A stretch of DNA of 64,000 nt from Clostridiales bacterium (GCA_021202555.1 JAJQCT010000008.1:12286-76285), one strand, 5' to 3'; positions 34,002-44,890 are shown, counted from the stretch's first letter. The notes: generated by a model not told the origin, from the sequence alone. Numbers and translations: made by a program.

Positions 34002-35222
34002 ATGAATCCCGCTAAAAAGCTTTACTGCCGCGCATTTCAGATTGTGTTCCGCGCGGCGCTTCCGATTCTTCCATACCGAAATCCGACGCTTCTCGAAGGA
34101 ACGGATGCGATTATACCCATACTTGCCGAAAACAGCGTCGGGCAGGTAATGATTGTAACCGACAAGGGCGTTCATTCGCTCGGTCTGACGAATCACCTTG
34201 AAACAGCGCTTGCGTCAGCAGGGATTCGGTATACACTTTTTGATGAAACCGTGGCAAATCCGACGACAAAAAACGTCGAGGACGCAAGGAAGCGTTACCT
34301 TGAGGAAAAATGCGGGGCTATTATCGGATTTGGCGGAGGGTCGGCGATGGACTGCGCAAAGGCGCTCGGCGCAAGAATTGCGCGACCGAAAAAGCCGCTT
34401 TCAAAAATGGAGGGAATTTTGAAGGTCGGGAGAAAAATCCCGCTTCTCATCGCCGTTCCGACGACAGCGGGAACAGGGAGCGAGGCAACTCTCGCGGCGG
34501 TTATCGTTGACAGCGAGACGCGCCATAAATACCCGATAAACGATTTCCCGCTTATACCGAAATACGCGGTGCTTGACGCGGAAATCACGCGCTCGCTGCC
34601 GCCCTTTGTCACAGCGACGACGGGACTTGACGCGCTTACTCATGCGACGGAGGCGTACATTGGGCGCTCAACCACAAGTGAAACGCGCGAGCAGTCAATG
34701 GAGGCAGTGCGGCTTATATTCAAATATCTTGAACGCGCGTACACGGACGGAAATGACATGGAGGCGCGTCACGAAATGCTTAAAGCCGCGTATCTTGCGG
34801 GCTGCGCATTTACAAGGTCATACGTCGGGTACGTTCATGCAGTCGCGCATTCGCTCGGCGGGAAATATAACGTCCCGCACGGGCTTGCAAACGCGGTGCT
34901 GCTCCCGTTTGTGCTTGAGGATTACGGTGAGGCGGCGTACAAAAAGCTTCATCGGCTCGCCGTGGCGGCAGGGATTTCAGATGCCGGCGACAGCGACGAG
35001 GTCGGCGCGAAAAAGTTCATTTTCGCTGTGCGAGAACTCAGGCAAAAACTCAATATTCCCGATAAAATTCCCGAGATAAGACGGGAGGACATTCCCGAAC
35101 TTGCGAGAAAAGCGGACGCGGAGGGGAATCCGCTCTATCCCGTGCCGATGCTTCTTGACGCGAAGGAGCTTGAAAGATATTACTTTATGGTAATGGAGGA
35201 AAAAACGAATGACGCCCGCTGA
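34002..35222 (+). CDS. iron-containing (group III) alcohol dehydrogenase
   Basis: 406 aa. GFGGGSAMDCAKA, PTTAGTGSE, and His-rich metal site HAVAHSLGGKYNVPHG. Confidence 0.9.
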   Translation: MNPAKKLYCRAFQIVFRAALPILPYRNPTLLEGTDAIIPILAENSVGQVMIVTDKGVHSLGLTNHLETALASAGIRYTLFDETVANPTTKNVEDARKRYLEEKCGAIIGFGGGSAMDCAKALGARIARPKKPLSKMEGILKVGRKIPLLIAVPTTAGTGSEATLAAVIVDSETRHKYPINDFPLIPKYAVLDAEITRSLPPFVTATTGLDALTHATEAYIGRSTTSETREQSMEAVRLIFKYLERAYTDGNDMEARHEMLKAAYLAGCAFTRSYVGYVHAVAHSLGGKYNVPHGLANAVLLPFVLEDYGEAAYKKLHRLAVAAGISDAGDSDEVGAKKFIFAVRELRQKLNIPDKIPEIRREDIPELARKADAEGNPLYPVPMLLDAKELERYYFMVMEEKTNDAR

Positions 35223-36588
35223 AATTCACGCGATAACCGAAAAGCAAAGAGCGTTTTTCGGAACGGGAAAGACGCTCGACCCCTCATATCGCATAAACGC
35301 GCTCAAAAGACTGAGGGGCGCGCTTGACACGTATGAGAGCAAAATCAATGAGGCGCTTTTAGCGGATCTCGGCAAGAGCGGATTTGAAAGCTATATGTGC
35401 GAGACGGGGCTGTCAAAAAGCGAGATTTCGTGGATGATTAAGCACACTCGCTCCCTTTCGGGCGAAACGCGAGTAAAAACACCGCTCTCGCAGTATGTCT
35501 CCCGCAGCTACAGAAAACCCTCTCCATACGGCGTGACGCTCATAATGAGTCCATGGAATTACCCGATTCTTCTGACAATCGACCCGCTCTGCGACGCGAT
35601 TGCTGCGGGAAACACCGTCGTTCTGAAGCCGAGCGCGTATTCTCCGAACACAAGCGCCGTCATCTCCGACCTCATCAGCTCCATTTTCGCGCCCGAGTAT
35701 GTGTCGGTTGTCACGGGTGGACGCGAGGAAAACGCCTGTCTTCTGGATGAACCGTTTGACTATATATTTTTTACTGGGTCGCAGTCCGTCGGGCGCGAGG
35801 TGCTTCGCCACGCTGCCAAAAGACTGACGCCCGTCACGCTTGAGCTTGGCGGCAAAAGCCCCTGCATCGTAGACAAAACGGCGAATATCAGGCTTGCGGC
35901 AAAGCGAATCGTTTTCGGAAAATATCTCAACTGCGGGCAGACCTGCGTCGCTCCCGATTACATTTTGTGCGACAGCTCGGTAAAGGAGCGGCTGATTGCC
36001 GAATTAAAAGCGCAGATTACGGCGCAGTACGGCGAAAATCCGCTTGAAAATCCCGATTACGGGAAGATTATAAATGAAAAGCACTTTCGCCGCATTCTCG
36101 GTCTCATTGACGCCGAAAGGGTTGTCGTCGGCGGGCAGTCAAGCGAGGACGAATGCCGCATAGCGCCGATAGTCATGGACGGGGTTATGTGGGACGATGA
36201 TGTAATGGGCGAGGAAATTTTCGGTCCCGTGCTGCCAATACTCACATTTGATAAGCTTGATGACGCGATTTGCGCCATCAACGAAAGACCGCACCCGCTC
36301 GCGCTCTACATCTTTTCATCCGACAAGCGAGCGATTCGCGAGGTGACAAGCCGCTGTCAGTTCGGCGGCGGGTGTGTAAACGACGTTATAATTCATCTCG
36401 CAACGTCGAATATGCCCTTCGGCGGCGTCGGCGCGAGCGGAATGGGCGGATACCACGGGCGCGTCGGATTTGAAACCTTCTCGCACACCAAGAGCATCGT
36501 TGACAAGAAAACATGGCTCGACCTTCCGATGAGGTATCAGCCGTATAAATCTCTGAATGAAAAGCTCATTCGTCTTTTTGTAAGGTAA
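35209..36588 (+). CDS. NAD(P)-dependent aldehyde dehydrogenase (class 3-like)
   Basis: 459 aa. FTGSQSVGR, ELGGKSP (catalytic Glu), GQTCVAPDY (catalytic Cys), EEIFGPVLP. Confidence 0.9.
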   Translation: MTPAEIHAITEKQRAFFGTGKTLDPSYRINALKRLRGALDTYESKINEALLADLGKSGFESYMCETGLSKSEISWMIKHTRSLSGETRVKTPLSQYVSRSYRKPSPYGVTLIMSPWNYPILLTIDPLCDAIAAGNTVVLKPSAYSPNTSAVISDLISSIFAPEYVSVVTGGREENACLLDEPFDYIFFTGSQSVGREVLRHAAKRLTPVTLELGGKSPCIVDKTANIRLAAKRIVFGKYLNCGQTCVAPDYILCDSSVKERLIAELKAQITAQYGENPLENPDYGKIINEKHFRRILGLIDAERVVVGGQSSEDECRIAPIVMDGVMWDDDVMGEEIFGPVLPILTFDKLDDAICAINERPHPLALYIFSSDKRAIREVTSRCQFGGGCVNDVIIHLATSNMPFGGVGASGMGGYHGRVGFETFSHTKSIVDKKTWLDLPMRYQPYKSLNEKLIRLFVR

Positions 36589-36593
36589 AGGAA

Positions 36594-37325
36594 ATGATAA
36601 ATCTCGATTCTGAAGCGGAAGGGCTTGTTTTGTCGGGCGAGTGGGAGCTTGCGATTCCCTTTTCGATGAGAGCCTTCAACGGATGCAAGCCCGATGAGAT
36701 TAAAATCGACGTATTTCCGATTTACGAGGGCGCGGCGCGCGAATTTCTTTATCGGTTCGGCAGCGTTCCGTTTTCTGGCGCGGCGCTTGAATTTATAGCT
36801 CGCACAGTCGGCGGCGATATGAAATCCCGCGGCTTTACCGAGGATTCCGAGGAAACGGCAACGCCGAATATTTTATTTGCAATCAAATCGCAAAAAAACG
36901 TAAAGCGGAACGTCATTCTGCCATCAACAGTCAGACTTGAACTGACTGACGTATCGGGACTTTGTAATCTGACATCATACGACACAGCGCTTTACCGCGA
37001 GATGGGAATTGACGCGTTTGTCACGGTGACGGACGGCAAAATCGTCTCAATTGCGGCGAAAAATCCGGAAGATTCAAGCGATTTCGGCGATTTTGACCGC
37101 CCCGTTTTTGAAATCGGCGTTGAAACGGACGAGAATTACCGTGGGCGCGGATTTGCAGCGTCAAATATCGCGGCTATTGCTTATAATGCGCTCAGTGAGC
37201 GAAAAAGCTGCGTCACATACGAGACTCACGCGGACAATATTCCCGCCGTTCGGGCGGCAACTTCGGCGGGATTTTCGCGCTACGGGATGTCGTATTACTA
37301 CGTAATGACAAGGAATTTATTATGA
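36594..37325 (+). CDS. GNAT-like acetyltransferase domain protein
   Basis: 243 aa. The C-terminal VETDENYRGRGFAASNIAAIAYNAL...NIPAVRAATSAGF resembles the GNAT acetyl-CoA binding motif A (R/Q-x-x-G-x-G/A). The N half is not recognised. Confidence 0.5.
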   Translation: MINLDSEAEGLVLSGEWELAIPFSMRAFNGCKPDEIKIDVFPIYEGAAREFLYRFGSVPFSGAALEFIARTVGGDMKSRGFTEDSEETATPNILFAIKSQKNVKRNVILPSTVRLELTDVSGLCNLTSYDTALYREMGIDAFVTVTDGKIVSIAAKNPEDSSDFGDFDRPVFEIGVETDENYRGRGFAASNIAAIAYNALSERKSCVTYETHADNIPAVRAATSAGFSRYGMSYYYVMTRNLL

Positions 37326-37337
37326 GGGGAGCTTATT

Positions 37338-39098
37338 ATGCCGTATGACGCGGGAATGCTCGCCGCCGTCTGCCGTGAGGTAAGGAACTCGGCGGGCGCG
37401 AGATGCGAGAAAATTTACGCCTCGGGGCGCGAGGAGATTACGATTCTTCTGCGCGGCTTTGGCGAAACAAAGAGGCTTTACATCAACGTCGGCGCATCGA
37501 CGCCGCGTATGTGCTTTATAAAATCCGCGGCTGAAAATCCCGAAACGCCGCCGAGCTTTTGTATGCTTTTGAGAAAGCATCTGTCGGGGGCGCTGCTTAC
37601 GGGATGCCGCCAGTTCGGAGCGGAAAGGGCGGCGGCTCTCATGTTTGAAACGCGCGACGAGATGGGATTTCCGTGCGAAAAGTCGCTCATAGTCGAGATA
37701 ATGAACAAATACTCGAACCTCATTCTCTGCCATAAGGATGGAAAAATAATCGGCGCGTCGCGCGTCGTCGATTTCACAACCTCGCGTATGCGTCAGGTGC
37801 TGCCCGGAATGATTTACGAGCTTCCGCCGGCGCAGAACAAAACCGACATAACAGCACTTACAAAGGATGAGCTTTACCGCATGGCGGCAGCGGCAGATGA
37901 TATGCCCGCCGACAAATTCTTCATAAAAAGCTATACGGGAATCTCGCCGCTCATCTCGCGCGAGGCGGCTCTTTTCGCGTCCGGAAGGTCAACTGACGCA
38001 CCCGTATCAGAATGCTCGGGCGACCGTCTCTGGCAGGCGCTTTCGGCGTTACAGACGCTGCTTTCCGACGGAGAGCCCTGCCGCCCAACCGTAGTTTATG
38101 ACGAGAGCGGAAAGCCGCTGGAATTTTCATGCTTTGACATTCTCGAATACGGAAACGCCCCGAAAAAGCATTTTGACACGCCGTCGCTCGCCGTTGAGGA
38201 ATTTTTCGCGGAGCGCGGCAGAATTGAGCGGGTCGCATCGCGCGGGCACGATATAGGAAGGGCGCTTTCATCGGCAAAGCGGCGGCTGCAGCGCAAGATT
38301 TCGATTCTTGAGGAGGAGCTGCTTCGCACAAAGGACGGTGAACATTATAAGCGCATGGGCGATATAATAAGCTCAAATCTTTATATGCTGAAGCGCGGAA
38401 TGACTGAGGCGGAGCTTATCGATTATTACGACGAAAATTTGCCGACAGTTAAGGTTACGCTTGACGGGCGAATGTCGCCGACGGAAAACGCGCAGCATTT
38501 TTATAAGCTGTACGCGAAATGCAAGAGGTCGAGCGTCGTCACGGCGGAGCAGCTTGAGCTTGCAAAATCGGAGCTTGCGTATATCGAAACAGTTGAGGAT
38601 GCGCTCGACCGCGCGTCGGGCGAGACGGAAATTTCCGAAATTCGCCACGAGCTTACGCTGTCGGGGTACTTAAAATCAAAGGGCAGTGACAAGCACGGCG
38701 GCAAGCGTCAGAAGATTTCACCGTATCTCACTTATATGACCTCGGGCGGGTACAGCGTGCTTTGCGGAAAGAACAATCTGCAAAACGACGAGCTGACGAA
38801 ATCCGCGTCGGGCGGCGATATATGGTTTCATGTGAAGGGCTCCGCCGGAAGCCACACCATCATGCTGTGTGACGCAGGAGATGAGCCGCCCGCCGAGGAT
38901 TACACGGAGGCGGCGATGATAGCGGCGTACAATTCAAGCCTTCGCGGAGGGTCGTCCGTTCCCGTCGATTACACGCGCGTGAAAAATGTGAAAAAGCCGT
39001 CCGGCTCGCATCCGGGATTCGTGATTTATCACACCAACTTCACCGCCTACGTCACGCCCGACGGGGAGCGCGTAAATTCAATGCTTGTGAAAAAATAA
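37338..39098 (+). CDS. rqcH: ribosome quality-control factor RqcH (NFACT / FbpA family)
   Basis: 586 aa. MPYDAGMLAAVCREV NFACT-N start, coiled-coil middle, and C-terminal NFACT-R (DIWFHVKGSAGSH...PGFVIY). Confidence 0.88.
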   Translation: MPYDAGMLAAVCREVRNSAGARCEKIYASGREEITILLRGFGETKRLYINVGASTPRMCFIKSAAENPETPPSFCMLLRKHLSGALLTGCRQFGAERAAALMFETRDEMGFPCEKSLIVEIMNKYSNLILCHKDGKIIGASRVVDFTTSRMRQVLPGMIYELPPAQNKTDITALTKDELYRMAAAADDMPADKFFIKSYTGISPLISREAALFASGRSTDAPVSECSGDRLWQALSALQTLLSDGEPCRPTVVYDESGKPLEFSCFDILEYGNAPKKHFDTPSLAVEEFFAERGRIERVASRGHDIGRALSSAKRRLQRKISILEEELLRTKDGEHYKRMGDIISSNLYMLKRGMTEAELIDYYDENLPTVKVTLDGRMSPTENAQHFYKLYAKCKRSSVVTAEQLELAKSELAYIETVEDALDRASGETEISEIRHELTLSGYLKSKGSDKHGGKRQKISPYLTYMTSGGYSVLCGKNNLQNDELTKSASGGDIWFHVKGSAGSHTIMLCDAGDEPPAEDYTEAAMIAAYNSSLRGGSSVPVDYTRVKNVKKPSGSHPGFVIYHTNFTAYVTPDGERVNSMLVKK

Positions 39099-39103
39099 AA
39101 ATG

Positions 39104-39134
39104 CTGCGCGTCCGTCGGGCGCGCAGTATTTTTA
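39104..39134. terminator. bidirectional intrinsic terminator between rqcH and the GH2 gene
   Basis: CTGCGCG...CGCGCAG GC-rich stem flanked by AAAAATAAAAA upstream and TATTTTTAT downstream. Confidence 0.75.
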
Positions 39135-39146
39135 TATTGCCTGATA

Positions 39147-41453
39147 TTACACGAAATTGAGCGTCAGCGTCTCGTCTCCAAGCTCGCTTTTTATTTTGAC
39201 GGCAGCGGATGCGCCGTGCGCTCCGCGAACGTAAACGGTCATATGACCGTCCGACATGGCGCGGTAATTTTCACCGTAGCTCGTCAGGTCTGCGATGTCA
39301 CCGTTTTCAATTCCGAGAAGCTCGCAGCCGTCCGTCAAAATCGTGATAACGGGGCGGTTCAGTGTCCTGCCGCCGATGATGCCTCCGTTTTCGTCAAGCG
39401 CGCAAAGCTCAAGCTGGCATACACTGTCCGTCACAGTATACGCGCCGTCGGACGATTTTTCGCATTCCCACGGAGTGACGGAAATCCGTGCGCACTCCTT
39501 CGGATGCTCTGCGGTGAGGGTTTCCGCGGTGCCGTCGGCGTATGTTACCTTTGCCGAAAGCATACCCTCGTCAACTTCCTCCGCAAGCTCCCACCTCGCA
39601 GTGTAATGCTCAATTTTCAGCTCTCCGAGCGATCGGCTGCCGCAGAAAAGCTCAGCCGACACACCGTTTGAAACGACAAACGCCTCGGGCGGACGCTTAT
39701 TCTGCTCGTCACGGTGACCGTGATGCGGCGGACGCGGCTTCATCACTGCAAATGTGCTCACGTTTTCATCGCACCAGAGCACGCGGCGAAGCTTCCCTCT
39801 CGGCGACTCAAATCCCGCAAGGTCAAGAAGACCCGCACCAAAGGCGCGAATCGGCCATCCCTGCGCCTCTCCGAGATAATCGACACCTGTCCAGAGGAAC
39901 TGACCGCAGATATAGTCGTTATCCTTCACGTATTCCCATTCGCGGATTCCGTGACCGTTCTCGCTGCCGTAAATCACGGCGTTTGGATACGTTCTGTGAT
40001 GTTCGTCGTAGAATTTTTCCTTATAGTTATAGCCTGCGATGTCGAGGGACTGCATATATCCCGTCTTTACGGACATTTCAGGGAACGCAAGCGCCGCCGT
40101 CACGGGGCGCGTCGTGTCGCATTCCTTCACCCAGCGTACAAGTCGTCTCGCAATCGTCGTAAGACGCGACGCATCCGGGCGGTTTTTGTCGTATCTGCGC
40201 TCGTCCTCCGTCTTGCCGGCATCATTGTTTCCCGTCATCGCGGCAAAATCGGGGTGAACGTAGGGATCGTTCGGGTAATCAACCTCGTTCCCGACAGACC
40301 AGATTATAATCGAGGGGTGATTGCGGTCGCGCATTACCATTGTTTTGACGTCCTTTTCGCCCCACTCGACAAAATCTTCGTAATAACCGTTGAGCTTCGG
40401 TGCGGGTACGTTGTGACCATGCCACCACTTGTTTTTCGGCGCTTCCCATTCGTCAAACGCCTCGTCCATCACGTAAAAGCCCATCTCGTCGCAAAGATCG
40501 AGAAGCGCGGGATCGGGCGGATTGTGGCTCGTTCGCACCGCGTTGCAGCCGCAGGCTTTGAGATTTAAAAGGCGGCGGCGCCAGACCTCGGGCGGAACCG
40601 CCGCACCGAGCGCTCCCGCGTCGTGATGCAGGCATACGCCGCGAAGCTTTTCGGATTTTCCGTTGCAGAAAAATCCACGGTCGGGGTCAAATTCGACCTT
40701 TCTGATGCCGAAGCGCGTCTCGCATTCGTCCGTCACCTCGCCGTCCGAGCTAACAGTCGTTTTGAGCCTGTAAAGCGCGGGTTCATCAGCGCTCCAGAGT
40801 TTGGGGTTTTCGATTGTCCCCTCGGCTGCTGCGCCGACGAGCGAAAGCACCTCTTCCCCGTCGGGCGATATAATTTTGTGAGACACCTCGGCGTTGCAGC
40901 CTGAGAGAGAGGCGGAAACGGAAACGACAGCAGAATCCTTCGATACGCTCGGCGTCGTCACAAATACGCCGAAGTCATCGATATAAGGCTCGCCTGTGAC
41001 TGTCACGTATACGGGGCGCGTTATTCCCGAGCCCGTGTACCAGCGAGAATCCACCGTCTCCGTGTGATTCACCATAACGCTGATTTCATTGTCGCCGTCG
41101 GGCGAAATGAAATCGGTTATATCGTATGTGAAGGTCGAATAGCCGTAGGGGCGCTTGCCGAGGTAATTTGAATTGCACCATACCTTTGAATTGTTGTAAA
41201 CGCCGAGAAATGTGATTCTGACGTGCTGTCCTGCCTTCGGATGAAGGCAGAAGCGCGTGCGGTACCAGCCGATGCCTCCGCAGACGTATCCCGTTCCGCT
41301 TGAGTTATCACGCGAAAAACCGCGGCGTATCGCCCAGTCGTGCGGAACGGTCACATTCTCCCATCCGCCTTCGTTTCCTCCGCGATACCATCCGTCGGAC
41401 ACATCCCCGAGATGAAATTTCCATGATGTAAGCTGCATTATATTTCTTGACAT
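39147..41453 (-). CDS. GH2 glycoside hydrolase (beta-galactosidase / beta-glucuronidase-like)
   Basis: 768 aa counted from MSRNIMQL (ATG at 41453, GGAGAA RBS). WKFHLGD sugar-binding N-domain, NAVRTSHNP, NHPSIIIWSVGNE (acid/base Glu). No signal peptide. Confidence 0.88.
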   Translation of the reverse strand: MSRNIMQLTSWKFHLGDVSDGWYRGGNEGGWENVTVPHDWAIRRGFSRDNSSGTGYVCGGIGWYRTRFCLHPKAGQHVRITFLGVYNNSKVWCNSNYLGKRPYGYSTFTYDITDFISPDGDNEISVMVNHTETVDSRWYTGSGITRPVYVTVTGEPYIDDFGVFVTTPSVSKDSAVVSVSASLSGCNAEVSHKIISPDGEEVLSLVGAAAEGTIENPKLWSADEPALYRLKTTVSSDGEVTDECETRFGIRKVEFDPDRGFFCNGKSEKLRGVCLHHDAGALGAAVPPEVWRRRLLNLKACGCNAVRTSHNPPDPALLDLCDEMGFYVMDEAFDEWEAPKNKWWHGHNVPAPKLNGYYEDFVEWGEKDVKTMVMRDRNHPSIIIWSVGNEVDYPNDPYVHPDFAAMTGNNDAGKTEDERRYDKNRPDASRLTTIARRLVRWVKECDTTRPVTAALAFPEMSVKTGYMQSLDIAGYNYKEKFYDEHHRTYPNAVIYGSENGHGIREWEYVKDNDYICGQFLWTGVDYLGEAQGWPIRAFGAGLLDLAGFESPRGKLRRVLWCDENVSTFAVMKPRPPHHGHRDEQNKRPPEAFVVSNGVSAELFCGSRSLGELKIEHYTARWELAEEVDEGMLSAKVTYADGTAETLTAEHPKECARISVTPWECEKSSDGAYTVTDSVCQLELCALDENGGIIGGRTLNRPVITILTDGCELLGIENGDIADLTSYGENYRAMSDGHMTVYVRGAHGASAAVKIKSELGDETLTLNFV

Positions 41454-41605
41454 AAAAAGTTCTCCTATATGTAAGTTGATAAGCTGCCGCGGCAATCTGA
41501 TTTTTTGCCGACGGGAGATATTATAGCGTTTCACGCGCCGAAATGCAAGCGATTTTATGAAATTCGCCTGAAAAAATCTCACGGCGCGGTGTCATGCGCA
41601 ATGTC

Positions 41606-42922
41606 TTAAATCATTAAATCAAGCGCCGCGACGTCAGCGGGGGTTTCGCGCCTGACTGCGAGCGTCGTCTCACCGTCCTTTATCATCACGACGGGCGGGC
41701 GCGGTATGCGGTTATAATTCGACGCCATTGAATAATTGTACGCGCCTGTCGTCAATACCGCTATCCTGTCGCCGCGGCGGGTTGATGCAGGCAGCGAAAC
41801 TCCAGGCTGTATGATGTCGCCGCTCTCGCAGCATTTGCCTACGACGTCGCATATCATCTTTTCGTCCGATTCAATCGCGGGCACGACAGTATACGAGGAG
41901 CGATAGAGCGCGTAGCGCGGATTGTCTGTCATTCCGCCGTCAACGGCAACGTAGGTTTTGTAGCCCTTTACATTTTTTACGCTGCCGACAGTGTATACGG
42001 TCATTCCCGCGTCGGCGACAATGCTCCGCCCCGGTTCCGTTATAACCTTCGGCATCGGAAGCCCGATTTCGGCACTGTGACATTTCATGAATTCCGCAAG
42101 GCGTTCAATATTTTTCGGTATATCGACCTGTGGGTCGGAGTTCACATATCTGACCCCGTAGCCGCCGCCGAGACTTATGTATTCGGGCGCGTAACCGACA
42201 AGCTCTCTCATGTCGCGTGAAAAATCGAGCATGATGCGAGCCGCGTCAGTGTAAACGGAGCTTTCCGTGTCGAATACGAGCGAGCCGACGTGACAGTGAT
42301 AGCCGATAAGCGTCAGATTCGGCGCCGCAAGCGCTGATTTTACAAATTCTGCCGCCTGTCCTGTCGCGATGGGAACGCCGAATTTTGAATCGACCTTTCC
42401 CGTGCTGACAGCCTCATATGTGTGCGGGTCTATTCCCGGCGTAATTCGCAGCAGAATTTTCTGATTTATTCCCCGCTTTCGTGCCATATCGTCAAGCACG
42501 GAAAGCTCATCGGGATTATCGACGACAAAGCATCCTACGCCGAGGCGAAGCGCCTCCGAAATTTCCTCATCCGTTTTGGCGTTGCCGTGAAAATACGCAT
42601 TTTTCATGTCAAATCCCGCCGCCGAGGCTGTATAAAGCTCGCCTATCGAAACAAGATCCGCCGCCATTCCCTCGCGCGACATGATTTTGTACATATATCC
42701 AAACGCAGCCGCTTTGCCCGCGTAGGCGGGCAGACTTCCCTCTCCGAACGATTCTTTCATCGCCCGCTTATACATTCGACAGTTGTCGACTATTCGATTT
42801 TCATCATATAAATACGCGGGAGTGCCGTATTCGTCGGCGATTTTTCCGACGTCCATGCCCGCAAAGGTCAGTCTGCCCCCATCGTATGAGACGTTTCCCG
42901 AGATTAAATCTTTACCACTCAC
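41606..42922 (-). CDS. lysA: diaminopimelate decarboxylase
   Basis: 438 aa. YAGKA PLP-lysine, GGGYGV, CCESGD motifs. Confidence 0.93.
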   Translation of the reverse strand: MSGKDLISGNVSYDGGRLTFAGMDVGKIADEYGTPAYLYDENRIVDNCRMYKRAMKESFGEGSLPAYAGKAAAFGYMYKIMSREGMAADLVSIGELYTASAAGFDMKNAYFHGNAKTDEEISEALRLGVGCFVVDNPDELSVLDDMARKRGINQKILLRITPGIDPHTYEAVSTGKVDSKFGVPIATGQAAEFVKSALAAPNLTLIGYHCHVGSLVFDTESSVYTDAARIMLDFSRDMRELVGYAPEYISLGGGYGVRYVNSDPQVDIPKNIERLAEFMKCHSAEIGLPMPKVITEPGRSIVADAGMTVYTVGSVKNVKGYKTYVAVDGGMTDNPRYALYRSSYTVVPAIESDEKMICDVVGKCCESGDIIQPGVSLPASTRRGDRIAVLTTGAYNYSMASNYNRIPRPPVVMIKDGETTLAVRRETPADVAALDLMI

Positions 42923-43659
42923 GAAGTTAAATCCTCCATTGTGTAAATTCCCGCGGCGCCGCGCGTCACAAGAAATTCCGCCGCCGCAAGCGCGCCGTCG
43001 GCGAAAAGCGCCCTGTCATGAGCCTCATGCTTAATAGTTATCGTTTCGCTCCCAGTCGAGATTAAAATCTCGTGAATCCCCACGATATTGCCCATTCGCA
43101 GGGAATGAACGCCGATTTCGTTTTTTTCGCGCTTTTTCTGTCCTTCACGTCCGAAAACGGGGACAGCGTCGCCTCTCACGCCCTTTATCGCCTCGAAAAT
43201 CGAGAGCGCAGTCCCGCTCGGCGCGTCGAGCTTGCGGTTATGATGCGTCTCGACGATTTCTATATCCGCGTCGGGAAAAGCGGCGGCGGCAGCCTTTGCG
43301 AGCTTTATCGTCACGGCAACGCCGAGCGACATATTCGCAGCGAAAAATATCGGAATCTCGCCGCCCGCAGCGTAAATTGCTTTTTTTTCCTCGTCTGTCT
43401 GCCCCGTCGTCGCCAAAACGACGGGAATTTTGCGCGATTTTGCATATTCGAGAAGCTGAATCGCCGCCGAGTGATGCGAAAAATCGATTATTACGTCCGC
43501 GTCGCCGTCAAAATCAGCGATAGACGAATACATTGAAAGGGACGGGTCGGCGACAAGCTTCGGATCGACGAGAGCCGCCGCCTCATGCTCCGAGCGCGCG
43601 ACAGCCTCCATCAGCTTCTGCCCCATATGACCTGTCGCGCCGTTAATGATTATCTTCAT
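42919..43659 (-). CDS. dapB: 4-hydroxy-tetrahydrodipicolinate reductase
   Basis: 246 aa. INGATGHMG NAD motif and EIVETHHNRKLDAPSGTA catalytic motif. Confidence 0.93.
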   Translation of the reverse strand: MKIIINGATGHMGQKLMEAVARSEHEAAALVDPKLVADPSLSMYSSIADFDGDADVIIDFSHHSAAIQLLEYAKSRKIPVVLATTGQTDEEKKAIYAAGGEIPIFFAANMSLGVAVTIKLAKAAAAAFPDADIEIVETHHNRKLDAPSGTALSIFEAIKGVRGDAVPVFGREGQKKREKNEIGVHSLRMGNIVGIHEILISTGSETITIKHEAHDRALFADGALAAAEFLVTRGAAGIYTMEDLTS

Positions 43660-43707
43660 CTGAATTTTACTCCCGTATGTTCTCGTTTATATATACTCAC
43701 GCGGATT

Positions 43708-44595
43708 TCAGATAAGTCCGCGCTCCGCCATGCGCGCATAAAGCACTTCCCTGTGTTCCTTTTCCATCGTCACAAGCGGCAGGCGCAGAAAATCGCTGCA
43801 GTATCCCAGCTTCGCCATCGCAGCCTTTACGGGTATCGGATTCGTCTCCGAGAAAAGCGCGGAAACGAGCGGCAGATATTCGCACTGCATTTTCGCGGCG
43901 CCCGCGACGTCGCCTGCAAAGAAACGGTGACAAATCTCGGAGGTTTCCCTCGGGCAGAGATTTGAAAGCACGGAAATAACACCGGCGCCGCCCATTGAAA
44001 GAATCGGCACTATCTGGTCGTCGTTGCCAGAATAAATATCAATTTTATCGCCTACAAGCGCGAACGTCTCGACAATTTTGGAGATGTTTCCGTTCGCCTC
44101 CTTTACCGCGCGTATGTTTCCGTGCTCCGCAAGCGTCAGATATGTAGACGGCTCGATATTAAGCCCAGTGCGGGACGGAACATTATAAGCGATTACAGGC
44201 TTTGTCGCCGCATCCGCGATTGCCGAATACATAGCGACAAGACCGCGCTGCGTCGTTTTGTTGTAATACGGCGTAACGACGAGAAGCGCGTCCGCTCCCG
44301 CCTCACAGGCAAACCGCGAAAGCCCCACGGCGTATTCGGTTTCGTTCGAGCCTGTACCCGCGATTACGGGAACACGTCCGGCGACGCGCCCAATTGCGTA
44401 TGCGATGACGGCGCGGTGCTCCTCGTCTGTGAGAGTTGAGGATTCGCCAGTCGTCCCCGCGATTACAAGCGCGTCGATTCCGGCATCAATCTGCATATCG
44501 ATAAGCTCGCCAAATTTTGTGAAATCAACCCCGCGTTCGTCAAGCGGTGTGATGAGCGCCGTCGCGGCGCCCTTGAAAATGGGATTCTGCGTCAT
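43708..44595 (-). CDS. dapA: 4-hydroxy-tetrahydrodipicolinate synthase
   Basis: 295 aa counted from MTQNPIFKGAATALITP (ATG at 44595, AAGGAG RBS). GTTGESSTLT, YNVPSRTG, and AVKEA Schiff-base lysine. Confidence 0.93.
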   Translation of the reverse strand: MTQNPIFKGAATALITPLDERGVDFTKFGELIDMQIDAGIDALVIAGTTGESSTLTDEEHRAVIAYAIGRVAGRVPVIAGTGSNETEYAVGLSRFACEAGADALLVVTPYYNKTTQRGLVAMYSAIADAATKPVIAYNVPSRTGLNIEPSTYLTLAEHGNIRAVKEANGNISKIVETFALVGDKIDIYSGNDDQIVPILSMGGAGVISVLSNLCPRETSEICHRFFAGDVAGAAKMQCEYLPLVSALFSETNPIPVKAAMAKLGYCSDFLRLPLVTMEKEHREVLYARMAERGLI

Positions 44596-44699
44596 GAGTA
44601 ACTCCTTAAAAATATGAATTTTTGCAAATAAAAACGCAGCAAACGATACCGTTATGCTGCCATACGTTCCGCCGCCGTGGTGGGGCAAAAAAGCAGAAT

Positions 44700-44866
44700 C
44701 AATATAGCTCTCCGCATAAGCGACAGTACGGCGGATATTGTTCCGACGTCCCAGAGCGGGAGCGCAAATTCCCTCTCTTCGGCGGCTGTCCCTTTCACGG
44801 CGGCGAGCTTAGCGCAAAGCCCGCTTTGAATCGCGCTACTCCTGACATACCGCGCCTCTATCCTTT
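44700..44866 (-). promoter_or_regulatory. lysine riboswitch (L-box) leader of dapA-dapB-lysA
   Basis: The minus strand reads ...AAAGGATAGAGGCGCGGTATGTCAGGAGTAGCGCG...GTGAAAGGGACAGCCGCCGAAGAGAGGG...CTGGGACGTCGGAACAAT...CCGTACTGTCGCTTATGCGGAGAGCTAT. The AGAGGCGC 5' box, GAAAGGG and the 3' GGAGAGCT are conserved L-box blocks. A weak hairpin plus U-run follows near 44625-44655. Confidence 0.8.
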
Positions 44867-44890
44867 GATCGCAGTTATTCAGTTTAGCAT